Assembly (NCBI GenBank): GCA_019057865.1 | Contig: JAHLWP010000037.1 | Coordinates: 1 to 42,029 of the forward strand | DNA: 42,029 nucleotides | DNA from: Promethearchaeota archaeon | Lineage (GTDB): Archaea > Asgardarchaeota > Lokiarchaeia > Sigyniarchaeales > SOKP01 | Direction of reading: 5' to 3' | In this document: positions 25,757 to 33,813 of the stretch, piece after piece | Position numbering within the stretch: position 1 is the first letter of the stretch | Layout: each line of letters opens with the position of its first letter | Position numbers and translations under genes: made by a program | Notes under the pieces: generated by a model | Database searches by the model: none | The model's input: only the letters and a program-made list of their open reading frames with translations | Told to the model about the DNA's origin: nothing

Positions 25757-26554
25757 ATGACAGAAGAAAAATTTTTAGAAGAAAAAGTTGCCCTAGTTAC
25801 TGGGGCGGGTAGTGGATTTGGCCGGGAAATGGCAATAGCATTTGCAAATAAAGGTGCCAATTTAGTATTAAATGATATAAACCTTGAAAGTATTGAAGAA
25901 ACACAAGAAATCATCTCAAAAACCTATAACGTGGAAATTTTACTAGCTAAAACAGATATCTCTGATTTTAATCAAGTTAAAGAAATGAGAAAAAAAGTTT
26001 TTGAAAAGTTTGATAATTTGTTTATATTAGTTAATAATGCAGGCGTTAGAGAGGGTACATTTTCACTTGTTACAAAAGAAGAAGTTTATAATAAAGTCAT
26101 GGATGTAAATGTTAAAGGTGCTTGGAATGTTACAAAAGCATTTTATAGAAAAATGAGTAAGCAAGATTTCAAACCTATAGCAGGAAAAATTATTAATATA
26201 GCCTCGTGTGCAGGTACAGAATGCGGCGTCAATCCATATATTGGGATATATAGTGTAAGTAAGGCAGCTCTAATTACCTTCACAAAGCTTTGGGCTCTTG
26301 AACTTGGGTCAAGTAATATTGCAGTGAATGCAATTTGTCCAGGTTTATTTTTAACACCTATGTACAAGAATAATCCTGAATTTATACGAGAATTTATGAG
26401 AAGAAGAAATGTTAAACTTCCAATAGACAGGATCGGAGAATCAAAACAAGTTGCTGATGTCGCTTTATTTTTAGCTTCACCTGCTTCAGATTATATAACT
26501 GGCCATAATATCATTTTAGATGGTGGGATGACTATTTCGGTAAATTCATTGTAG
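25757..26554 (+). CDS. Short-chain dehydrogenase/reductase (FabG-like); probable ATG start 25757
   Basis: TGAGSGFG, NNAG, YxxxK (YSVSK), NAICPG, YITG....DGG. Confidence 0.92.
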   Translation: MTEEKFLEEKVALVTGAGSGFGREMAIAFANKGANLVLNDINLESIEETQEIISKTYNVEILLAKTDISDFNQVKEMRKKVFEKFDNLFILVNNAGVREGTFSLVTKEEVYNKVMDVNVKGAWNVTKAFYRKMSKQDFKPIAGKIINIASCAGTECGVNPYIGIYSVSKAALITFTKLWALELGSSNIAVNAICPGLFLTPMYKNNPEFIREFMRRRNVKLPIDRIGESKQVADVALFLASPASDYITGHNIILDGGMTISVNSL

Positions 26555-26608
26555 AAGATAAGTATAAAAGAAAATTTTATTTCAATTTCTCAAAACCATA
26601 TAATCTGG

Positions 26609-27193
26609 TTATTTTCCACGACCTTTATTTGCTCTAATGCTTGGTCGCGTTTTTTCAGATCCCCATCCTTTTTTATGTAACCCTCTAGCTCTTTTTCCTG
26701 AAGAAGTTAAACCACGTGTTACTCTTTTTTTATGAGCAGAAGTACAAATCCAATTTATTTTTGGATCTGATTTGATTACTGGATGGTGGGGATCTACTAA
26801 AATCACTTCATAATACCAGTGTCCTCCATCAGTGTAAACTTTGTAACTATTTAAAACTTCCATATTCGGGTATTTACGTTGTACACGTTCTTCAGCAATC
26901 CATTGCAAATTTTTACCAGTAGTATATTTTGAAACACCCATCGCTCTCGGTTTTCTTCCTCGCTTTGGACGTGTTTTATGCATTCCTCCTTTTCGTATTC
27001 TGGCTCGAACAACCACATATCCTTGTTTTGCTTTATAACCTAAAGTTCTTGCGCGATGAATTTTAGTAGGCTTTTCGACTCTTTGAATTGATTTGCCCTT
27101 TCGATATTCAATTCCACGATTCCAGTATAGTGTTTTATATCCTTTTTCATGTTCCTCAAAAGTCTCTTTTACATAGTTGTATCCAGACTTCAA
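26609..27193 (-). CDS. rpl15e: 50S ribosomal protein L15e
   Basis: ARTLGYKAKQGYVVVRARIRKGG, IAEER, LNSY, YYEVILVDP.HP.I..D, RGLTSSG. Confidence 0.98.
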   Translation of the reverse strand: MKSGYNYVKETFEEHEKGYKTLYWNRGIEYRKGKSIQRVEKPTKIHRARTLGYKAKQGYVVVRARIRKGGMHKTRPKRGRKPRAMGVSKYTTGKNLQWIAEERVQRKYPNMEVLNSYKVYTDGGHWYYEVILVDPHHPVIKSDPKINWICTSAHKKRVTRGLTSSGKRARGLHKKGWGSEKTRPSIRANKGRGK

Positions 27194-27389
27194 CGTTCAA
27201 ACTACTCTTGGTATATTTTAACTTTTAAAATTTATAAAAATTAATTAACTTTATCATTTCTATAATTTTTTAAAATTTACTCTATCAGTGATTAGCCTTT
27301 TTATTTAATCCTGCTAAAAAAAATTTAATACTTTAAATAAATTATTTTATACATATATGTTCGAAGATTTATATATAAGTGGAAGCTAA

Positions 27390-27902
27390 TTGTCAGATAA
27401 AGAAATAAAAAAAAACAAACCATTTAAAAAAGCAAGAATAAAAGATAAAAATGGATTAAAAATTTCATATGATAAAATTGAATTAGATGAATATCTTCCA
27501 CATTTAATGTCAGAAGTCTCTGAAAGTAAAAAGTTGCTAAAAATTGATTCAGTAAACTTCAAGATTGAACAAGAATTTGAAGAAATAGTCCAAAATTCAA
27601 ATAACTATTATCCAGAAGAATTATATATACCAAAAGCCATTGATTTTATAAGAAGATGTACTAATGATGATGAGGCTATTAAGATCTTAGATTATCTATT
27701 AAGAAGAAAAGAACTATCTAAAGAAGAACATAAATTATTTAAAAGCCAAATATTAAGAAAAGAGGGGTTAAAAAAGTTAATCGAGGAGCATGGAGGCTTC
27801 AAAGAATCTGGGTATTATGAAAGAAAATTTAGAAATTTTACCCAACAGAGAAATAGTGAAAAAGAAAGAAATACAGAGAGAAGAAAAATTAAAAAAAAAT
27901 AA
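27390..27902 (+). CDS. DUF2095 family protein
   Basis: PHL..E, P.AIDFIRRC....EA..I.DYL....E and G.K..GYY motifs. Confidence 0.75.
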   Translation: MSDKEIKKNKPFKKARIKDKNGLKISYDKIELDEYLPHLMSEVSESKKLLKIDSVNFKIEQEFEEIVQNSNNYYPEELYIPKAIDFIRRCTNDDEAIKILDYLLRRKELSKEEHKLFKSQILRKEGLKKLIEEHGGFKESGYYERKFRNFTQQRNSEKERNTERRKIKKK

Positions 27903-27947
27903 ATTAGGTTTAGAACTATTAGAATTATAACATTAATATCATATTAT

Positions 27948-28029
27948 GAGAAGAAAAATGATGATCTCATGACAAATAGAACTATTGCTCATAGTGATGA
28001 TTCTTGTCGCCCCAATCTGATTTTTTCTC
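27948..28029 (+). ncRNA. Box C/D guide sRNA; predicted target is the 23S rRNA P-loop G2251 equivalent
   Basis: C box ATGATGA 27958-64, C' GTGATGA 27994-28000, D box CTGA 28017-20, terminal stem 27948-56/28021-29 in K-turn register; guide TGTCGCCCCA complementary to UGGGGCGGCA. Confidence 0.85.
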
Positions 28030-28061
28030 TATTTTTTTGTGAATTCTTTTAATTAAATCAT

Positions 28062-28316
28062 TTAAAAATCCTTCTCTATCTCTCTCCTGAACTTAACTCC
28101 TTTTTCCGTCAAAAAATGTTCTCCTTTAATCTTCTTAATCAATTTTAAATCACGTAAAACTGGTATTCTCCCTTTAATACATGATATTGGCAAACCAGAA
28201 AACAATTTAATTATTTCATAATTCTTCGCTCCTTTATCAATGGCGAGTAATATCTCAATCCCCATATATCCTAAGAGATATTTCAGGTCATCATATGATT
28301 TTATTTCATTAGACAT
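28062..28316 (-). CDS. Small winged-helix protein
   Basis: HTH followed by L.LIK.....FLTEKG wing pattern. Confidence 0.7.
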   Translation of the reverse strand: MSNEIKSYDDLKYLLGYMGIEILLAIDKGAKNYEIIKLFSGLPISCIKGRIPVLRDLKLIKKIKGEHFLTEKGVKFRREIEKDF

Positions 28317-28337
28317 TCTGCATCCTGAATTGAAAGA

Positions 28338-29474
28338 TTATTTAGAATTATCTTTTTTGGATTCTTTTGGTAATAATTTTCTCATCCATTCTGGAAAGGC
28401 AGTAGTTATACGTAGATTTGTTTTTAAAACAACATACAGTTCATTATTATAATTTAACTCTTCGATGACATCATATTTCTTTAAATATTCTATGTTTTCC
28501 ATTAGAGAATCTAAAGTTTTTTTAGACAATAATTTGGGTAATTTATCTCTTGAAATTAAACTATTGCGCAATTCAGAAAGAACATTATACTTTTTAGGAT
28601 CTGCCATTATTTGAAATAATATATAGGAATCTTTTTTTAGTTCTTCTTCTCTCTTTTTTTCATATTCACTAAAATATTCCTGAACTTTTGGAAGTAGCAA
28701 ATCTATTAACTCTGGTTTGTCATCGATATATTCTATTACGCTATCAGGTGGAATTCTCTCAGCATTTACTTCTTTTAATAAAAGTACATACTTTTCTACT
28801 AAACCAATTTGATTTATAATAATAATTTGCTTCTCAACCAATGTATTGATTATTTCTTCGAATTCTTTATCAGGAAAATTTTCAATAAACGATTCTCTTA
28901 GTTCTTCCAGTTCTACAGGACCTTTTGAGAGTTTTTCTAAGGTTTTAAATATATGCTGATTATTTATTAGAATTGCAATTTTCTGTTCTTCAGTTTTTTC
29001 TCGTGTTTCCTCCATTATTCTCCAATAGAAGTTCTTTACCCATGCTTTTATTAAAGAATTATTTTTCGTTATCTTTTCAACATCTTCTTCATGATAGTCT
29101 TTCTCATTTATATAAAAACCTGTAAAAATCTCCTCATTTGATTGTAAACTTTCTGAAAATTCTGTACACAAATTTGCTATAATTTCTTCAATCGAAGGCG
29201 CAATTTGTTGATCAAGTATTATTGAAAACATTAACATTTCCTTATTACCACGAGCCCAATCAGAATGAATTTCAAAATAATAATTCAATGATTTTAAATT
29301 TTCAAAAGAGTGTGTAAAAAAGCCTTCATTATATTGCTGGTCCATAATATTAGCTATTTTAACTTCTAATTCCTTCTCTAACGTATCTTTGGGATATGAA
29401 TAGAATATTAAGGGCCCAATTTTCCTATGGAAATAAGAAAGCGTGACGGTTGTTTTCAAATAATGAATCTCCAC
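28338..29474 (-). CDS. Hypothetical protein with N-terminal uDENN/longin-like domain and possible winged-helix repeats
   Basis: TLSYFHRKIGPLIFYSYP start resembles the uDENN/longin 'F...GP' strand; ARGNKEMLM motif. Confidence 0.6.
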   Translation of the reverse strand: MEIHYLKTTVTLSYFHRKIGPLIFYSYPKDTLEKELEVKIANIMDQQYNEGFFTHSFENLKSLNYYFEIHSDWARGNKEMLMFSIILDQQIAPSIEEIIANLCTEFSESLQSNEEIFTGFYINEKDYHEEDVEKITKNNSLIKAWVKNFYWRIMEETREKTEEQKIAILINNQHIFKTLEKLSKGPVELEELRESFIENFPDKEFEEIINTLVEKQIIIINQIGLVEKYVLLLKEVNAERIPPDSVIEYIDDKPELIDLLLPKVQEYFSEYEKKREEELKKDSYILFQIMADPKKYNVLSELRNSLISRDKLPKLLSKKTLDSLMENIEYLKKYDVIEELNYNNELYVVLKTNLRITTAFPEWMRKLLPKESKKDNSK

Positions 29475-29674
29475 GGATGTTTTTTCTTTTTACAAACAAT
29501 ACAGTTATTTTTAGGTGTAATAACTCAAAATAAAGTAAATATTAAAGATTATATATTCTTAAAGATAAATAAATTTATCTTATTTAAACATCTATTAACA
29601 ATAGTTTAGTAATAAATAGAATCAATTTATTATATTGATTTTCTAAAACATAAAGGAAATTTCTACTTAATATT

Positions 29675-30418
29675 ATGATCAATAATAAAATTAAATTAGT
29701 TGGATTTGACTTAGATGATTGCCTTTTTGATTCAACTGCCCTTTCTGAAAGAGCTAGAATAAAAGGAATTGATGCAATGATTGAATTAGGTCTAGAAATT
29801 GATAGAACGGAGGCTATTAAAAAAATCCAAGATATTGTAAAAGAATATGGATCTAATTTTTCTAAACATTACAATTACTTTATTCGACGATTAAATGAAT
29901 TTGAAAATTATAAAATATCCAGTAATGATAAATATAAATATATTGCTGCTGCTGTAATAGCTTATCATCAAGAAAAAATTGAGTCCATAAAATTATATGA
30001 CGATGTAAAACATTGCTTGGAAAAATTAAGAAGTATGGGAATCAAAACCGCTATAATAAGTGACGGCATCCCTATTAAACAATACGAGAAAATATTAAGA
30101 CTTAAGATTGATAAATTAATAGACTTAGTAGTAATTTCAGATGAAATCGGAATTAAGAAACCAAATCCAAAATTATTTGATTACTGCTTAAAGAAATTTG
30201 GTGTTAAAGGTTCAGAAACTATTTATATAGGAGATCGAATAGATAAAGATATTGTTCCGGCTCGTTTAAATGGTATTTATACTATTTATATTCATCGGGG
30301 AGGTAAATATGATACATATGAAAAAGGGAACGAAATTTCTAATAAATTAATACCTAATTATGAAATATCAAATTTGAATGAAATTTTTGATTTAATAATT
30401 GAAATAAATAATAAATGA
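29675..30418 (+). CDS. HAD-superfamily hydrolase, subfamily IA
   Basis: FDLDDCL, ISDG, KKPNP, YIGDR..KDI. Confidence 0.92.
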   Translation: MINNKIKLVGFDLDDCLFDSTALSERARIKGIDAMIELGLEIDRTEAIKKIQDIVKEYGSNFSKHYNYFIRRLNEFENYKISSNDKYKYIAAAVIAYHQEKIESIKLYDDVKHCLEKLRSMGIKTAIISDGIPIKQYEKILRLKIDKLIDLVVISDEIGIKKPNPKLFDYCLKKFGVKGSETIYIGDRIDKDIVPARLNGIYTIYIHRGGKYDTYEKGNEISNKLIPNYEISNLNEIFDLIIEINNK

Positions 30419-30438
30419 AAAATTAAACGAAAAATATA

Positions 30439-31257
30439 ATGAAAGTTGCTTGTGTTCAACCCAAAATATTTCAAAGTAGAAATAACTGTTATTTTGAAGT
30501 AGAAGAATTAATAAAAAGTTTGTTAGAAGAAACTAATAATTGTGACATTATATGTTTACCTGAAAGATGGGTGCCTGCTTATGCAAATTCTACTAAAAAT
30601 TTCCAAAAAGAAAGAGGAGATGATTATTCCTTTATTAAAAATTTGGCTAAGGAACATCATATAAACATTATATCAGGAGGAATATGGGAAAAACGTGATA
30701 ATTTAAAAAAACCACATATTACTAGCTATTTTTTTAATGAAAGTGGTGAAGAAGTAGGTCGACAAGATAAAATTCATCTCTATTCTTATGAACGTGGACA
30801 ATTTGAATCAGGAAAGGTTTTAAAATTATTTAAAATAAAAAATTTGTATTATTTTGCAATCCTTATTTGCTTTGATATGGCTTTTTTTGAAACTCCTAGA
30901 TTAGCTGCTGAAAATGGTGCTGATTTTTTACTTTCTCCTACTCAAATAAGGCAAGAAGGAATGGATAATTGGGATACTTATTTGAAAGCACGTTCTCTTG
31001 AAAATAGAATCCCGATTGCAGCTTGTAATACTTTTGGAACTTTTTTCAGAAGGAAATTTTTAGGAAAAAGCAAAATAATTTCTTTTGTTGAAGGAAATAT
31101 ATCACCATCAAAACTTAAAATTGTTGAAGGACCTTCTAATTCGAATGGATATATTTTTGATGATATTGATTTAGATTTTCCAAAAAAATTAAGGAAAATT
31201 CGATTTAAGGAAAAAATTGAAAAAAATAAAATTAAAGTGAAAAATGTAAATAGCTGA
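30439..31257 (+). CDS. Carbon-nitrogen hydrolase (nitrilase superfamily)
   Basis: Catalytic triad in LPE, KIHL, ICFD; ARSLEN. Confidence 0.9.
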   Translation: MKVACVQPKIFQSRNNCYFEVEELIKSLLEETNNCDIICLPERWVPAYANSTKNFQKERGDDYSFIKNLAKEHHINIISGGIWEKRDNLKKPHITSYFFNESGEEVGRQDKIHLYSYERGQFESGKVLKLFKIKNLYYFAILICFDMAFFETPRLAAENGADFLLSPTQIRQEGMDNWDTYLKARSLENRIPIAACNTFGTFFRRKFLGKSKIISFVEGNISPSKLKIVEGPSNSNGYIFDDIDLDFPKKLRKIRFKEKIEKNKIKVKNVNS

Positions 31258-31352
31258 GTTGCTTATTTTATATACAATTCTAAAAATAATTAATATGCGT
31301 TCTTATATAACATTGTTCTGATGTTTTAACTAAATATGAGAGTTGTTTTTTT

Positions 31353-32294
31353 TTGGAAATGAAGATTCTGTTGTGTGGTCTTGAAGAAGCAGGAAAAACC
31401 TCTATTTTATTAGTTTTAGATAGGAAGTTTAGTTTATTAACATCGGTTGCACCTACTATCAAAGCTAAAAGAACCTCACATACTAATAAACTGTTAGGTA
31501 TCTCAATTACGCGTTGGGATTTAGGTGGACACCAAATTTATAGAAAGATATATTTAGACAATAAAAGTAAATATTTTACTGAAATGCAATCAATTTTTTA
31601 CGTAATTGATATACAAAACCAAGATAAATTTGATCAGGCACTAATTTATCTTAAAGATATTATAAATATTGTTATAGATAATCATCCCGAAAACTTTCAA
31701 TTATTAATCCTATTGCATAAATATGACCCTGACATTAAAAACAAAAAAGAAATGAAAGATAATATACAATTTTTAGAGAGTAACATAAAATCTATAATTA
31801 AAAATCTAAAATATTCTTTTTATAGAACTTCCATTTATGATGATTCTAGCTTATTAAAAGCATTTTCAGACGGAGTATTCTCAGCAACTGAGAAATCAAA
31901 ATTATTACAATCTTTGTTAAGAGATTATATGAGTAAAACATATACTAGTTCTACTCTTCTTTTGGATCAAAACTGTTTTATTATCGCAAGTAGAGCTACC
32001 GACGAAACTTATCAAGAAATTTGTGAAGCCATTGCTCCCAGATTAACAAATGCACTGGAAAAATTAGAAGAATGGGATATTGATACGAAAGATATAACAA
32101 CAAATATCGAATTTCCTCAAAATACTTTGGAGCAATCTAGAGAAGGTATAATTTTTTTAAGAAAACTAGAAATAAATAATGATAGATTATATCTTATTGT
32201 TCTTTGTTTAAATAAAAGAATTCAAAACAGATCCTATGAGTATTTACCAATCTTAGCTGCAAATCTAAAGAATTTATTAGAAAGTTTTGAATAA
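31353..32294 (+). CDS. Small GTPase (Arf/Rag-like) fused to a C-terminal roadblock/longin-like domain
   Basis: G1 GLEEAGKTS, G2 PTI, G3 WDLGG, G4 HKYD, G5 TSI; about 130-aa C-terminal alpha/beta domain. Confidence 0.85.
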   Translation: MEMKILLCGLEEAGKTSILLVLDRKFSLLTSVAPTIKAKRTSHTNKLLGISITRWDLGGHQIYRKIYLDNKSKYFTEMQSIFYVIDIQNQDKFDQALIYLKDIINIVIDNHPENFQLLILLHKYDPDIKNKKEMKDNIQFLESNIKSIIKNLKYSFYRTSIYDDSSLLKAFSDGVFSATEKSKLLQSLLRDYMSKTYTSSTLLLDQNCFIIASRATDETYQEICEAIAPRLTNALEKLEEWDIDTKDITTNIEFPQNTLEQSREGIIFLRKLEINNDRLYLIVLCLNKRIQNRSYEYLPILAANLKNLLESFE

Positions 32295-32431
32295 AACCAA
32301 CTTGTTTCATAACAGCTCTCTTATTCTCTCTCAACAAATTTTTTAATTTTACTTTTAATCACCACCCTCTGTGGGTGGGGTTTAAATAAATAATCATAGA
32401 TATTAAGTTAAAATTCAATTTAATAACAAAA

Positions 32432-33622
32432 ATGATTGTTGACTCAAACAATATTAATGAATATGTTGGACCAAAAGCAATTTTTGATCCAAATTATGTA
32501 CCCCCTCAATTATTATATAGAGAAAAAGAAGAAAAATCATTATATTCCATTTTAAATGATTCAATTTCAGATAAATTTTATCTTAATATATTGTATCAGG
32601 GAGTTCAAGGAATCGGTAAAAAAGTTATCGTTAATAAAGTCTTGAAAGATCTATTAATTAAAAATAAGGAATTAACAAATATTCATAAAATCTGTATTGA
32701 CTGTAAAGAAAAAACTCTTGAGGATTTAATATTTTCAATATTAACCGAATTAAATCATTTTTTAAATTTTAACTTCAATTTTAAATCAATTTTAACTTCA
32801 AAGGTTTCTCATTTATGGAATATGATTAAATTAGTATGTAAAAAAATAAATTGTAATCTTTTCTTTTTATTTTATAATATTGAATGTTTGCAGCCAGAAA
32901 TCTATAAGAAATTTCTGCATTTTGGAAAAGAAACAAATATAACATTGATTTCTACAGTAAATAAAATTTTAAAACCTTCTACTTTAGATTTATTAAGTGA
33001 ATTTGATCTAAAAAAAAGATTAGAATTTTTTAGCTATAATGAATTATACTCTATTCTTAAGCAACGAGTATCCCTGACATTTACTCATGAAATAGATAAG
33101 GAATTAATTAGATATATAACAGATCTAATTTGTGAACATTATGTACCTGTACCAGGAAAAGGCATTGAAATACTTAGAGATATATATCCGTTATTAATAG
33201 ATAAGAAAGATTTCAAAAATTTTGAACTAATAGATATATGCCAAAATGAATTCGATTCCATTCAAATTACTGATGAATTTAGCATTCTAAATTATGTTTC
33301 TGAAGAAGATCTTTTAACAATAATATTTTTTGACAATTTATCAAACTATTTCTTGAAAAAGTTGAAATATTATATCTCTTTGAATGAATTAAAGGAATTA
33401 TATGATATTTCCTGTGAATCTTTAGAATATAAAAAAAGTTTGAATGAGTTCAACGATTTAATTAAAAGATTGCTAAGTTTTGGGATTTTAAGTGGTTCAA
33501 AAAGAAATCAAATCAAAAAAAAACCGTATTTATTGAATAATTCTTCAAATTACGATTCTTTCTTCATGGCACTAAACCCCAAACACCTAAAAGCTATAGT
33601 AGATGCGATATTTAATAATTAA
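32432..33622 (+). CDS. Cdc6/Orc1-like AAA+ protein with degenerate ATPase motifs
   Basis: FDPNYVPPQLLYRE.E N-terminus, Walker A-like GVQGIGKK, Y...EL..IL.QR motif, C-terminal wHTH-like region; Walker B DE absent. Confidence 0.8.
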   Translation: MIVDSNNINEYVGPKAIFDPNYVPPQLLYREKEEKSLYSILNDSISDKFYLNILYQGVQGIGKKVIVNKVLKDLLIKNKELTNIHKICIDCKEKTLEDLIFSILTELNHFLNFNFNFKSILTSKVSHLWNMIKLVCKKINCNLFFLFYNIECLQPEIYKKFLHFGKETNITLISTVNKILKPSTLDLLSEFDLKKRLEFFSYNELYSILKQRVSLTFTHEIDKELIRYITDLICEHYVPVPGKGIEILRDIYPLLIDKKDFKNFELIDICQNEFDSIQITDEFSILNYVSEEDLLTIIFFDNLSNYFLKKLKYYISLNELKELYDISCESLEYKKSLNEFNDLIKRLLSFGILSGSKRNQIKKKPYLLNNSSNYDSFFMALNPKHLKAIVDAIFNN

Positions 33623-33813
33623 AATTAACTTATTCTTCTAAAAAAAAATAATACCTTTGTATACTTGACTTTTTCGAAAAAATCTTTAATAAATAACTAG
33701 TAAGATAAATTGAAAGTATCAATCAGATTTTTTTTTATTATAATGTCTATTATATATATAAAGATGGAATTACTCTATCTTTTTAATAATAAACGAAGAA
33801 TTGGAGATCTAAT

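Noticed and set aside
32295-33813. Replication origin (ORB elements) flanking the cdc6-like gene
   Set aside because: No TTCCAGTGGAAAC-like ORB repeats were seen, and the intergenic regions are short.
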